Counted from the stretch's first letter, positions 9,598 to 20,008 are shown. The stretch: 64,000 nucleotides of DNA from an uncultured Bdellovibrionales bacterium (GCA_964421125.1 CAYQVD010000005.1:867-64866); one strand, 5' to 3'. A program made the numbers and translations. The notes: generated by a model from the sequence alone, not told the origin.

Positions 9598-10748
9598 TGA
9601 AAAAAAAAACAAAAAATAAAAAGGTTCTTTTTTATACTCGGCCACTTTCGCCCCCGTGGGACGAAGCATCAAAAAATCTGGCATTTGAAATAATCAAAAA
9701 TTCAACAGGGAGGATTAGGTGCCTTCCATTGACAACAAGTGACACTGCCCATTTTAACAATCTTTCTCAAGCCAAAGTCAGCCCAGAAGAAATCTACACT
9801 TCAAATTCAATGAAGTTTAATTTTATTGAGAAAATGCAATTGTTAAAAAGGTTGTATAGATTCTCTCTAAAAACAGATATTATTCACTTTATGTTCACCC
9901 CAAGATCTCTTACTTCATTCTTAATTAGATTTCGCTTATTCTTTTCAAAAGTTAAAACTATTCAAACAGTTGCCACCATCAGCGATGAATTAATCGCCAA
10001 GAAAAGAAAATTGAAGAAGACTCTTTTTGCAAACACTGTTGTAGTGCAATCTGAAAACACCAAAAAAAAGCTTGAGAAAAACGGCTTCAAAAATGTAAAA
10101 CTAATTTACCCAGGAATTGATTTGGAAAAATATCAACCAACCGAAAAAGATCCAAAACTTCTTAAATATTTTAACCTAACTACTAATGATTTTATTGTTT
10201 TATTCGCTGGAGAGTACACTCGTCTCAAAGCGATAGATGACATCATTAAATCCTTTGAGAAAATTTACCAAAAAGATGATCAAATAAAACTTATTCTTGC
10301 CTGCCGAATTAAATCGAAAGAAGATACTCAAAAGAAAAAAGAAGTTCAATCTAGATTAAAAGAAAAAGACTTAACCGATCGAGTAATCCTTATAGACACC
10401 TTTGAAAATATGCCAGCCCTTTTCAATCTTTCCGATATCAATATTTTTCCTGTTCGAGAGATGATTGGAAAATTTGATATTCCTCTCGCCGTTGCTGAAC
10501 CCATGGCTTGTAAAAAACCAGTAATTGTCTCAAATATTCCAGTACTAGAAGAATTTGTTAAAAACAATGAAACAGGAATTGTTATTGAAAAACAAAATCC
10601 AGATCAACTTTCCAACGCAATTCTCGATCTCAAAAATAATCCAGAAAAAATGAATATGCTCGGTGAAAAAGCCATGAAGTTTACAAGAGAAAATCTTGAT
10701 ATCCATCAAATCGCCAAAAAATATGAAGATATTTATTTATCTTTGTGA
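9597..10748 (+). CDS. GT4 family glycosyltransferase
   Basis: IYPGID, KFDIPLAVAEPMACKKPVI and ETG motifs. Confidence 0.88.
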   Translation: MKKKTKNKKVLFYTRPLSPPWDEASKNLAFEIIKNSTGRIRCLPLTTSDTAHFNNLSQAKVSPEEIYTSNSMKFNFIEKMQLLKRLYRFSLKTDIIHFMFTPRSLTSFLIRFRLFFSKVKTIQTVATISDELIAKKRKLKKTLFANTVVVQSENTKKKLEKNGFKNVKLIYPGIDLEKYQPTEKDPKLLKYFNLTTNDFIVLFAGEYTRLKAIDDIIKSFEKIYQKDDQIKLILACRIKSKEDTQKKKEVQSRLKEKDLTDRVILIDTFENMPALFNLSDINIFPVREMIGKFDIPLAVAEPMACKKPVIVSNIPVLEEFVKNNETGIVIEKQNPDQLSNAILDLKNNPEKMNMLGEKAMKFTRENLDIHQIAKKYEDIYLSL

Positions 10749-10839
10749 TATAATGAATACGAAAAATAAAAAAGTTAGGAGAAAACATATTACCTAAAAC
10801 TTCACTCACAGCTCTAAATTAAAAAATAAACAAATTAAT

Positions 10840-12330
10840 ATGCTAAAAATTACAAAAGAAAATGAATACAAGCAAGTGGTTAATCCAACTGGAAAGCAAA
10901 AAGCCCCAGTAGTTTTTCATGTGTCAGATGAGCTAATGCCTAATGAATCCACTATTGAAAAACTTGTTAAAGTTGCATCAAATGAACATATCTTTCATCA
11001 TACTGCTGCCCTAGCTGATGTTCATCAAAAACCAGGAAGAAAGAATCCTTCTGGAACAGTAGTTGCCACAGAAAAATATTTTCTACCACAGCTCCTTGAT
11101 ACTGCTCCAAACTGCGGAATGAGATTAATTAAAACTCCTTTCAGTGAAGAAGATTTAAATAAAAAGCAAATCGATGAAATGTTCAAAAAATTTGTTGAAG
11201 TCGTGCCAACTAAAAAATATATTGGTAACTACATTCCATTAAAAACAGTTTTAGATATTTGCCAACGTGGGTCATCTGCAGTTCTTGAACATTTAGGCAA
11301 AGACGCTTCTGACGCAGAAAACATGCTAATGAATGGAAATATGTTTGAAGATGAGAAAATTAGTAAGAAAGATCTCTATACTGCCCTCCCACCAATGTTT
11401 TATCGCTTTGGGCAATTCCGACTTGGAATTCTTGGAGCTGCTGGAAATCACTTTCTAGATTTAATGAAAATTACTGACATTCTTGATGAATCAATGGCTA
11501 AAAAATTTGGAGTCAAAAAAGGTCAATATGTTTTTTTAGTTCATACTGGATCGGGACTAATTGGTCAATATGCAAGTTATTTTTATACTCCCAAAAGAAA
11601 AGAACATTTGAGTCAAAAAATAATTTCGGGACTTGGAAGAATATCATTTCTTGGAAACAAAAAAGATTGGCACAAAAAATTAAAAACGGACCTTCCCATC
11701 TACAAAGACAAAGATGAATTTTATGCCATTGATAGTCAATCAGAATTAGGAAAAAATTACTATACTGCCCACAGAGCTGCCGGAAATTTTGGCTTTGCCA
11801 ATCGAGACTTCATTCAACACAACATGGAAAAAGCGATTAAGAAGGTTATCGGAAAAGAAAACGTTCTCGAATTACTCTATGACATGTCTCATGTTTACGT
11901 AAATAAAGAGAACCACTATGGAAAGGATGTTTTAGTTCATCGTTCAAACACCACTCGAGCCTTTGGCCCTTCCAAAATGCAAGGGACAAAATTCGCCGAA
12001 ACTGGAGAGCCAATTTTCATGCCATCTTCAATGAGCACCTCTGCTTATTTTGGAGTAGCTACTGAAGAAAACGAGTCAACTTTCCGATCAGCTGCTCACG
12101 GAACCGGAAAAGCAAAAGAGAAAACTTCCAATGTTCCTCAAAATAAAGAAGAATTATTCAAGAAAATGGAAGAGCGCAATGTAAAACTTTATAATGCCGC
12201 ATCAAAAGAAGTAATCAATCAAGACGCCTCCAACTACAAAGATCCTGATAAGGCCCTTGCTGGTATGGAAGCCAATAAAATAATTAAAACAGTGGCAAAA
12301 ATGCAACCAGTAGCAGTTTTAATGTATTAA
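10840..12330 (+). CDS. rtcB: RtcB-family protein (divergent RNA-ligase fold)
   Basis: ADVH, NCG, GNHF, HTGS, VHR, PSSM and HGTG motifs colinear with RtcB. Confidence 0.85.
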   Translation: MLKITKENEYKQVVNPTGKQKAPVVFHVSDELMPNESTIEKLVKVASNEHIFHHTAALADVHQKPGRKNPSGTVVATEKYFLPQLLDTAPNCGMRLIKTPFSEEDLNKKQIDEMFKKFVEVVPTKKYIGNYIPLKTVLDICQRGSSAVLEHLGKDASDAENMLMNGNMFEDEKISKKDLYTALPPMFYRFGQFRLGILGAAGNHFLDLMKITDILDESMAKKFGVKKGQYVFLVHTGSGLIGQYASYFYTPKRKEHLSQKIISGLGRISFLGNKKDWHKKLKTDLPIYKDKDEFYAIDSQSELGKNYYTAHRAAGNFGFANRDFIQHNMEKAIKKVIGKENVLELLYDMSHVYVNKENHYGKDVLVHRSNTTRAFGPSKMQGTKFAETGEPIFMPSSMSTSAYFGVATEENESTFRSAAHGTGKAKEKTSNVPQNKEELFKKMEERNVKLYNAASKEVINQDASNYKDPDKALAGMEANKIIKTVAKMQPVAVLMY

Positions 12331-12363
12331 ATCCCCCCCCCACAGCCCTAATTAATACACACC

Positions 12364-12445
12364 TTTAAATTTGAAGTAATGTATTTTCAAGTGTCAGGCC
12401 ATTCCTATGGAATTTTGGGAGAAAATATGTTATTCCAAATTTAAA
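12364..12445 (+). repeat. ~80-nt hairpin element family B, copy 1
   Basis: 25-bp imperfect terminal stem; 75/82 identical to 13096-13177. Confidence 0.85.
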
Positions 12446-12471
12446 AAAGTTCAGTACAATAAAAAAATAAT

Positions 12472-13089
12472 ATGAAGATAATCACAATATCTGGATTAGA
12501 TGGATCTGGAAAATCGACTCAATTAAAAATACTTAAAGAAAATTTAACCCAAAAAGGTTATCAAGTTTTTGATTTTCACATGATTGACTTTTCAATTGCC
12601 AATAAACTTCTTGGCAAAAAGCAAGAAAAAGATGAGAATGAAATAAAAAAACCTAAAGCAAAAATTAAAACAGGCTTTTTTGGAATCGCCTTCAGAAAAA
12701 TTGCCTTACTAATTGATCTTAAAAGATTTAAAAAATTAATTCAAAAAATGAGCCAGGAAAACAAGATTGATTTCCTGATCACTGATAGATATTTCTACGA
12801 TCAAATCATTAATATTATATATCTAGAAAAGTCATTACCAGAAGGAAACAAATACTGGAAAAAATGGTCTGAAAAATTAATCACGAATCCAGATCACAAA
12901 ATATACCTAGAATTAGCTCCATCAATCATTATTGAAAGAAATAAAGATATTGAACAAGGTTTTGATTATTTTAATGATAAAAACAATCTCTATAAACAAC
13001 TGAGTAAAAAATGGGAATTAAATATTATCAATGCAGACGACACTATTGAAAATATTCAAGAAAAAATTAATGATTTAATTTCAAGCTAA
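12472..13089 (+). CDS. Thymidylate-kinase-like P-loop kinase
   Basis: ITISGLDGSGKSTQ P-loop and DRYFYD; no clear REP motif. Confidence 0.8.
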   Translation: MKIITISGLDGSGKSTQLKILKENLTQKGYQVFDFHMIDFSIANKLLGKKQEKDENEIKKPKAKIKTGFFGIAFRKIALLIDLKRFKKLIQKMSQENKIDFLITDRYFYDQIINIIYLEKSLPEGNKYWKKWSEKLITNPDHKIYLELAPSIIIERNKDIEQGFDYFNDKNNLYKQLSKKWELNIINADDTIENIQEKINDLISS

Positions 13090-13095
13090 CTTTAA

Positions 13096-13177
13096 TTTAA
13101 ATTTGGAATAATGTATTTTCGAGTGTCAGACCATTCCTATGGGATTTTGGGAAAAAATATGTCATTCCAAATTTAAA
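13096..13177 (+). repeat. ~80-nt hairpin element family B, copy 2
   Basis: Direct repeat of 12364-12445. Confidence 0.85.
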
Positions 13178-13218
13178 AAATCTCTCAAATATAATAATCC
13201 CAAATAAATTTACTGAAC

Positions 13219-14715
13219 ATGTCTAGTCTAATTAAAATCTCGCTTTGGCTTTCCCTTTCTGAATTAGCCTTCAATTTCTCAGGATACATAATCCATGCTC
13301 TTCTTGGGCGAACCTTGGGACCAGCTGACTATGGACGCTTCAGTCTTGTTATTGTATTTGCTACCATGATTGTTATTCTTATTGGAAGAGGAGTTCCCAT
13401 CGCAATGAATAAATATCTTAGTGAAATCAAAATTGATCAAAAAAACCCAGAAAGCAAAACGAGATTTTTTGAAATAAAACAAGCCTCAATGATCCTGCAA
13501 CTTGTTATTATTGCGACTTTTACTTCAGTTTACTTTTTTGCCTCTCCATATATTGCCATCTTATTAAAAGATGAAAGCTTAACTCCCCTTTTCCAGCTTT
13601 CATCCTTGATTATCCCAGCCTTTGGCCTAGCAAGTTTTTACGTTTATTATTACACTGGGATTCAACACTTCAATAAACAAGCTTTTCTGAAATTCTTTAG
13701 AGCCTCAGCAAAAATCTTACTAATTGTTGGACTTGCTTGCTTATTCAACGTCAAAGGAGCAATTATTGGACAAGCAACTGCTCCATTTCTAGTTTTCTTA
13801 ATTGCGATTTTCATGGATCCATTTAAAATGTTTAAAGAAAAACAAATTAAAGTTTCATCCAATAAAAAAACTTACAAAAAACTATTTGATTTTGCTTGGG
13901 TTATCATCTTCTTCCTGATTTTTTATGAATTGATGATTTCAATCGACTTGTATTTAGTCAAAGCAATCCTCCAAGATGATGCCTTGACTGGAGTATATAA
14001 CGCTGCTTTAACTGTTGGAAGAATTCCTTATTACGCATTTTATTTCCTAACCATTATCCTATTACCAAAAACATCTCAGTTAATTACTGAGGGATCTAAA
14101 GATAAAATTCAAAAGCTTTTACAAAGCTCCTTTAAATTTCTCTTTATGTTCATTTTTCCCGTTGTAACAATAACAGCTCTTTTTGCCGACCCAGCTATCA
14201 GATTCTTCTATGGCAACCAATACCGACTTGGAGCTCCTTCTCTGGAAATTTTAATATTTGGATTTGGATTCCTAACCGTTTTCTATGTTCTTACTTTTGT
14301 TCTCAATGGTGCTGGCAAAAACAAAATTCCATTATTCATCTCAATTTTAGGAGCAACTCTAAATGCTATACTAAACTATATATTCATTCAAAAATATGGT
14401 CTGATTGGATCAGCTATTGCAACAACAATAACTTCATTTATTGTTATGATAATTGCACTTATCTATACCAACAAAACAATCACAAGATTCATTCAGCCAA
14501 TCTCTCTCTTGAAATATTTCGTTGCTAGTATTGCAATCTATCTCATTGGTCAATTAGATTTTTTTACTCAAGGAAAATATATATTTATTCTCTGGTCTTT
14601 TATTCTTCTTGTAATTTATCTTTTAATTCTATTCCTTCTCGGAGAAATCAAGAAGGATGATTTACAATTTATAATAAAAGCTTTCAGAAAAAATAAAATA
14701 ATAAATGAAAGCTAA
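13219..14715 (+). CDS. Wzx/MOP-family oligosaccharide flippase
   Basis: About 14 TMs; RTLGPADYG, GVYNAA and YGLIGSAIAT motifs. Confidence 0.88.
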   Translation: MSSLIKISLWLSLSELAFNFSGYIIHALLGRTLGPADYGRFSLVIVFATMIVILIGRGVPIAMNKYLSEIKIDQKNPESKTRFFEIKQASMILQLVIIATFTSVYFFASPYIAILLKDESLTPLFQLSSLIIPAFGLASFYVYYYTGIQHFNKQAFLKFFRASAKILLIVGLACLFNVKGAIIGQATAPFLVFLIAIFMDPFKMFKEKQIKVSSNKKTYKKLFDFAWVIIFFLIFYELMISIDLYLVKAILQDDALTGVYNAALTVGRIPYYAFYFLTIILLPKTSQLITEGSKDKIQKLLQSSFKFLFMFIFPVVTITALFADPAIRFFYGNQYRLGAPSLEILIFGFGFLTVFYVLTFVLNGAGKNKIPLFISILGATLNAILNYIFIQKYGLIGSAIATTITSFIVMIIALIYTNKTITRFIQPISLLKYFVASIAIYLIGQLDFFTQGKYIFILWSFILLVIYLLILFLLGEIKKDDLQFIIKAFRKNKIINES

Positions 14716-14742
14716 TTAATAAATAATAATTAAATTAAAACA

Positions 14743-15810
14743 ATGAAAAGCAATCTCAATGTATTATTCCTATTCGTAACCATCGTTCTTGTTGGAACTT
14801 TGACTTATTTTATCTTGAAACCATTTCTAATGCCCCTATTTCTAGCATTCGTTATTTACCAACTTTTTAAAAAGTGGTACAAAAAACTTAATAAAAAACT
14901 CAACGGAAAACCAGTTATTGCATCAATTTTGATGTGTTTCTTTCTGTTTTTTATCTTAGCGATTCCATTCCTGATAACAACAGGCTTAGTAGCCAAAGAA
15001 GCCTCCGATCTTTATCAAAAAATTCAAATTACAGACTGGCAACCGTACATAACATCAATTTCAAATATTCCTTTAATAGATAATCTTGGAGTGAATCTAG
15101 AAAATTTTGATCTTAAAAATATATCATTAGATAATTCTCAAAAAATTGCTCAAGGAACACAAAATATTGGTGGATTTATTTTTACCGTAGTAAAATCAAT
15201 CTATCAAGAAACTTCGCATACATTATTCATGATTTTTGTTTTATTTTTTACTCTGTACTACTTATTCAAAGATGGAGAGAAGATTATTAAAAAAATAATG
15301 GATCTCAGCCCTCTTAAGAATAAAGAAGAATACAAACTACTTGATAATTTCGTTAGAATTTCGAAAGCCACGCTAAAAGGATCTCTTGTCATTGCAATTA
15401 TTCAGGGAATTCTAATGACATTAATTTTCTGGATCGCTGGAGTTTCGTCGCCAGTTCTTTGGGGAGCAATAACAGTTCTGGTCTCCCTTATTCCAGTCAT
15501 TGGCGCTATTCTTGTTTGGCTTCCAGTCGGAATCATCATGTTCTTCATGGGTTTCCTCTGGCAGGCAATTGTTATTTTCATCTTCGGTGCTGTTGTCATC
15601 AGTAGCGTCGATAACATCCTAAGACCAAAACTTGTTGGGGATGAATCAAGTCTTCACCCAGTCCTAGTCTTCTTCTCAACAATAGGAGGACTTGCCCTTT
15701 TTGGAATTTCAGGTTTTCTGCTTGGACCAGTAATTATTGTCTTATTTTTATCCTTATTAGATATATACAAAGGTGAGTTCAAGGGAGAACTTAAAAAATT
15801 TAATCAATAA
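14743..15810 (+). CDS. AI-2E family transporter
   Basis: DNILRPKLVG and GGLALFGISGFLLGP motifs. Confidence 0.9.
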   Translation: MKSNLNVLFLFVTIVLVGTLTYFILKPFLMPLFLAFVIYQLFKKWYKKLNKKLNGKPVIASILMCFFLFFILAIPFLITTGLVAKEASDLYQKIQITDWQPYITSISNIPLIDNLGVNLENFDLKNISLDNSQKIAQGTQNIGGFIFTVVKSIYQETSHTLFMIFVLFFTLYYLFKDGEKIIKKIMDLSPLKNKEEYKLLDNFVRISKATLKGSLVIAIIQGILMTLIFWIAGVSSPVLWGAITVLVSLIPVIGAILVWLPVGIIMFFMGFLWQAIVIFIFGAVVISSVDNILRPKLVGDESSLHPVLVFFSTIGGLALFGISGFLLGPVIIVLFLSLLDIYKGEFKGELKKFNQ

Positions 15811-15836
15811 ATCAATAATTCCTTTGGTATAAAAAA

Positions 15837-15868
15837 AACAAAAGCGCCTCTAGAGAGGCGTTTTTGTT
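15837..15868. terminator. Bidirectional terminator
   Basis: AACAAAAGCGCCTC-TAGA-GAGGCGTTTTTGTT between convergent genes. Confidence 0.75.
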
Positions 15869-15889
15869 GAAAAACTAAGATTATAAATA

Positions 15890-16411
15890 TTAATTAAAAA
15901 GTTCTTCAATCACTCGGTCTTTACAATTTTCTCTTAAGCGACTGTCTAATATGCTATTGCATATTCCAGAATTTTTTTCACTTATTGCTTGATTCTTATA
16001 GCAGACGTCCTTTAAAAAATTATTAGTTAGGTTTTCACAATCTGATGACTGAGATTCTCCACCATTAAGACCACAAATTTCCAGACAATAATTATAATCA
16101 TCGGTGTTCTTTTTGTCTTCGCATTTATTATCACAATGATTCTGCAAAATATCTAGCAATTCTTGATTTCTTTCTCCTCCTGCAACGTCTTCAATGGTTT
16201 TATTGTCATCTTCATCTTCGCTTAACTGATCTCCATCAGTATCACCTCTCTCTATCAAATTACCACCATTCTCCTCTTGATTCTCACTATTATCATTGTA
16301 TATCTCATAAAGATCATCTCCCTGGAAAAAATAATCATGCCTATTTTGCCAAAGATAAAAACCCCCTCCAATCAAAATCAGTATTATAATTAAATAAATA
16401 AGCTTTTTCAT
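15890..16411 (-). CDS. Membrane-anchored Cys-rich hypothetical protein
   Basis: N-terminal TM, acidic linker and 8 regularly spaced Cys. Confidence 0.7.
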   Translation of the reverse strand: MKKLIYLIIILILIGGGFYLWQNRHDYFFQGDDLYEIYNDNSENQEENGGNLIERGDTDGDQLSEDEDDNKTIEDVAGGERNQELLDILQNHCDNKCEDKKNTDDYNYCLEICGLNGGESQSSDCENLTNNFLKDVCYKNQAISEKNSGICNSILDSRLRENCKDRVIEELFN

Positions 16412-16555
16412 GTTATTTTTAATTTAATATTCTTTTCTATATTATAACAAAAAACATAAAATTCGTCACTATTTAAAATTATTCACAACACAAGGCTTGT
16501 TTAAATTTCAAAATAATCTATAATTTAAATAAGCTTAATAAATATTGATATAAAA

Positions 16556-16987
16556 ATGGAAAACTTAATTATAATTCTAATTCCAGCTTTCGTAGCAATA
16601 ATAACACAAACAACGAAGTTTATTATTTTCAGCTTCAAAAATGGATTCAAATGGGAATATGCCTTTACTCATGGTCATATGCCGTCATCTCATAGTGCTT
16701 TTGCAATATCGCTAGTTATCATAATTGGCTATCTGGAAACAATTTCCTCTGGGTCTTTTGCTATTGCTATGGCCCTAGCAATAATCATCATTGATGATGC
16801 CCTAAGACTTCGAATGTATCTTGGAGATCAAGGACGTTATTTGAACATGCTTGTAGAAAACTTAAACCTAGACATCAGCAAATATCCTCGACTAAAAGAA
16901 AGAGTTGGTCATAGAACTTCCGAAGTAATTGTCGGTTTAATCTACGGAGCAGTACTTTCCTTTATCTTTCTCTATCTTTTTAGTTAA
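16556..16987 (+). CDS. Divergent PAP2 family protein (DUF212/YuiD-like)
   Basis: GHMPSSHSA, DALRLR and GHRTSEV motifs. Confidence 0.88.
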   Translation: MENLIIILIPAFVAIITQTTKFIIFSFKNGFKWEYAFTHGHMPSSHSAFAISLVIIIGYLETISSGSFAIAMALAIIIIDDALRLRMYLGDQGRYLNMLVENLNLDISKYPRLKERVGHRTSEVIVGLIYGAVLSFIFLYLFS

Positions 16988-17002
16988 AAATAATTTTTGC
17001 TT

Positions 17003-17039
17003 AAAAAACAGAGGTGAGACAATCTAGCTCTGTTTTTTT
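17003..17039. terminator. Bidirectional terminator
   Basis: AAAAAACAGAG…CTCTGTTTTTTT. Confidence 0.65.
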
Positions 17040-17099
17040 GCTAGAGTGAGTTTGTAACCTATTCTTTGTTGAATTTTAATTATAAAAAAGATCTCTATT

Positions 17100-17621
17100 T
17101 TATCTCAAAGGAAAATCTGCCTTTTTTATTTTTTTCTCAAAAAAATCAAGGTGCCCACAACCAGTTAAAATCAAAACTACCCCATCAGGTATAATCTTTT
17201 TTTTGATATTATTCAACATTTCTTCTTCTCTTATAAAATTAGCCGCGGAATCAATGAATTTCTTCTCTGCTAAACTATTTATTTTATTAAAAATTTCTTT
17301 CTTATTAAAATCTTTCCAATTAAATTTATTTAAAACAGGCTTCTGCTGGTCGATAATTTTTTGATTTTTACTCGCAGAAAAGCCTCCTTTAAATATATCT
17401 ATTTCAGAATCAAATCCACTTAACTCAACTTTTTTACTTCTAGCCCAGTTTAAAGCAAAAATCATTTCTTGAGGATATTTCTCTAGATAGTTTTTATTTA
17501 TATCACCTTGATAAATTTCAACAAAAATTTGATTGGGGCTATAAAAATTTAGAATTTCCTCTAATTCTTTTTTCGGCGTATATTCTCCATGCAAAGTTCC
17601 AATAATTACAATTTTTTGCAT
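17100..17621 (-). CDS. Hypothetical protein, TraB/ChaN/EreA-superfamily-like
   Basis: IIGTLH, FVE, RE and GxGH motifs. Confidence 0.55.
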   Translation of the reverse strand: MQKIVIIGTLHGEYTPKKELEEILNFYSPNQIFVEIYQGDINKNYLEKYPQEMIFALNWARSKKVELSGFDSEIDIFKGGFSASKNQKIIDQQKPVLNKFNWKDFNKKEIFNKINSLAEKKFIDSAANFIREEEMLNNIKKKIIPDGVVLILTGCGHLDFFEKKIKKADFPLR

Positions 17622-17671
17622 TTAATTTTCTTGCTAAAACAAGCTTACATTCCAATTCATTGATTTAATAA

Positions 17672-18994
17672 CTATAAAATCCTCAAAATTTCCTCAATAA
17701 CTTTCTTATCATTCCATGGAATTTTTTTATCACCAACCATCATTGACTCTTCTGCTCCTTTCCCTGTCACTAAAACAATATCACCAAATTTTGCCATTTT
17801 CAAAGCTTTTTTAATTGCTTCTTTTCTGTCCATAATAATCCAAAAATTTTCATCTTTTATTCTATTCTCAATCCCCCTAGAAATTTCTTCAATAATTTGA
17901 TTCGGATCTTCATGATAAGGATCTTCGTTAGTTAAAATAATGAAGTCTGCATAATTAGAAGCAATCTTCCCCATAATTGGTCTTTTTCCTCGATCACGAT
18001 CTCCACAACTTCCAAAAACCCAAAAAACTTTAGACTCATTTTTATCTGCTAAATCTCTAACTATTTCTCCAACTTTTTCCATTGAGTCAGGTGTTAAAGC
18101 ATAATCAACAATCACTGAAATCCCAGCATCATTTTTCACATATTCCATTCTTCCAGGAATTTGTTTAATCTTAAATAATCCATTTTTAATTTTATCAAGT
18201 TCTATTCCCTGCGACAAACCAACACAAATTGCTGCTAAAGCATTTTCTATATTAAATTTACCAGCTAAATTTAAATCAATCTTATTTTTATTAACAATAA
18301 AACTAGTGCTTGATATTTTTTCTTCGATATCGCATGCAACTATATTAGTAGCACTCCCCACCTCTCCCTTAGGGATTTCCATCGAATAACTATATTTCAA
18401 ATCAACTTTGTGCCTTAAAAAATTTTCAAAAAATTCATTTTCCAAGTTAACCACTGAAACTTTAGGAATTTTCCTGCTAGACATTTTATTAAACCAAAAA
18501 CGTTTTTCATTAAGAATTGCAAATAATTTTTCTTTTGCCACGCTATAATTTTTCATATCTTTATGATAGTCAAGATGTTCTCGTGTCACATTCGTCAATA
18601 CTGCCACATCGAAATCAATTCCCCAAGTTCTATTTTGATCAAGAGCATGCGAAGAAGTTTCTAAAATAATATATTCACAACCAGCCCGAACCGCTTTATG
18701 TATAAATTTTTGTACTTGCCAAGAAGAAAGCGTGGTAAATTTTGTTTTATTTACTTGTTCCTTATCTCCGATACGAAAATTGATAGTAGAGCTAACTGCT
18801 ACTTTTGATCCATCTTCTTCTAAGACCTTTCCAATCATTTGAGTTGTAGTAGTTTTTCCATTTGTTCCCGTTACTCCAACTACAATTAAATTCCGAGAAG
18901 AAAAACCAAAGTAAAAATTAGCAACAACCGCTTTGCATAAATGAAATATATTTTTAAATCCCTGCGGAATCATTTTTTTAAATTTATGTAACAT
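17672..18994 (-). CDS. murE: UDP-N-acetylmuramyl-tripeptide synthetase MurE
   Basis: GVTGTNGKTTT, ETSSH, TREHLDYH, GDRDRGKRPIMG and GKGAE motifs. Confidence 0.9.
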   Translation of the reverse strand: MLHKFKKMIPQGFKNIFHLCKAVVANFYFGFSSRNLIVVGVTGTNGKTTTTQMIGKVLEEDGSKVAVSSTINFRIGDKEQVNKTKFTTLSSWQVQKFIHKAVRAGCEYIILETSSHALDQNRTWGIDFDVAVLTNVTREHLDYHKDMKNYSVAKEKLFAILNEKRFWFNKMSSRKIPKVSVVNLENEFFENFLRHKVDLKYSYSMEIPKGEVGSATNIVACDIEEKISSTSFIVNKNKIDLNLAGKFNIENALAAICVGLSQGIELDKIKNGLFKIKQIPGRMEYVKNDAGISVIVDYALTPDSMEKVGEIVRDLADKNESKVFWVFGSCGDRDRGKRPIMGKIASNYADFIILTNEDPYHEDPNQIIEEISRGIENRIKDENFWIIMDRKEAIKKALKMAKFGDIVLVTGKGAEESMMVGDKKIPWNDKKVIEEILRIL

Positions 18995-19002
18995 TTTTAA
19001 GA

Positions 19003-19992
19003 TTAATTAAATAAATCCTTCACTCCCTGTAAAATTCGATAAGTAAAATACCTTCTCTTATTAATTACAATATCCCAGCACCCTGGAAAGTCAACGATTT
19101 TTTCTTTTGGTGCAAAGCTGATTTTGAAACGAGTTATTCCTTTCCATAAATTCTTATCACTTTCATCAATTTTTAATCCACCAAAATCATATTTTTCACA
19201 CCCAAGCTTTTTAGCATATTTAATCGCCTCCCACTGGAGTACGTAGTTTGCCATAACATTTCGATGAATATTAGAAGATGCTCCATGTAAATAAGTCGCT
19301 ACTCCACCAAAAAAACTGACAACAATAGCTCCAATAACTTTCTCGTCATATTTTGCAAGATAGAGTTTTATTTTTTCATTATTAATTTCAGTTACCATTT
19401 TTTGATAATACTTAAACGGATGAATTGAAATCTTATCACGTTCTGCAGTTTTTTTTGAAATTTCATAAAAAATATTAATATCCTTTTCTGGATTTTCAGA
19501 TTCCTCAATTTGTACTCCCTTTTTTTCCGCTAAGCGAATATTATAACGAGTTTTTTGCTTCATTTCAGCTAAAAGTTTCTCTTCTGATTTTTCTAAATCA
19601 AGTATTAATGTTTGAGCTGGCTCATGGTTTTTCTTTGATTTTTTTATACAAAAATCTCCCCCTAAAACATTTTCAATTCCTTCTAAGTCACTTTGAGATT
19701 GTGGTTCAATTCGCAACCATCCCGCTTTCTTATTTTCACACTCTGAAATAACTTTTTTCATCACCTCGCCCAATTGCTCATCAGAAATATTTTTCAAAAA
19801 AATCGGCCCCCTTGGAACAAAAAAGTAATCCCCAACAACTGAAAGTGAATGCTTAAAGGCTCGCAAAGAAAAATTTTCCTGTTCAAAAACTAGTACTTTT
19901 TTTCCAGCACTTTCTTGAAATTTCCGCCAATGATCAGACTGTAAAAATCCACCATCGACACTATTTTCTTGATAAAATTTTTCTGAATTCAT
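19003..19992 (-). CDS. FemAB/FemX-family lipid II aminoacyltransferase (likely start ATG at 19992, MNSEKF)
   Basis: FLQSDHW, PRGP, KTRYNIRLA, YLHGAS and GITRFK motifs; the longer ORF start at 20046 lies inside repeat B copy 3. Confidence 0.88.
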   Translation of the reverse strand: MNSEKFYQENSVDGGFLQSDHWRKFQESAGKKVLVFEQENFSLRAFKHSLSVVGDYFFVPRGPIFLKNISDEQLGEVMKKVISECENKKAGWLRIEPQSQSDLEGIENVLGGDFCIKKSKKNHEPAQTLILDLEKSEEKLLAEMKQKTRYNIRLAEKKGVQIEESENPEKDINIFYEISKKTAERDKISIHPFKYYQKMVTEINNEKIKLYLAKYDEKVIGAIVVSFFGGVATYLHGASSNIHRNVMANYVLQWEAIKYAKKLGCEKYDFGGLKIDESDKNLWKGITRFKISFAPKEKIVDFPGCWDIVINKRRYFTYRILQGVKDLFN

Positions 19993-20008
19993 AATTAAAA
20001 TTAATATT

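Noticed and set aside
9600-9609. A10 tract at the GT4 start as a phase-variation switch
   Set aside because: Lys-rich, A-rich starts are common in this genome; no supporting evidence without reads.
12333-12341. Intergenic C9 tract
   Set aside because: Not in a coding region or a clearly identifiable promoter spacer.
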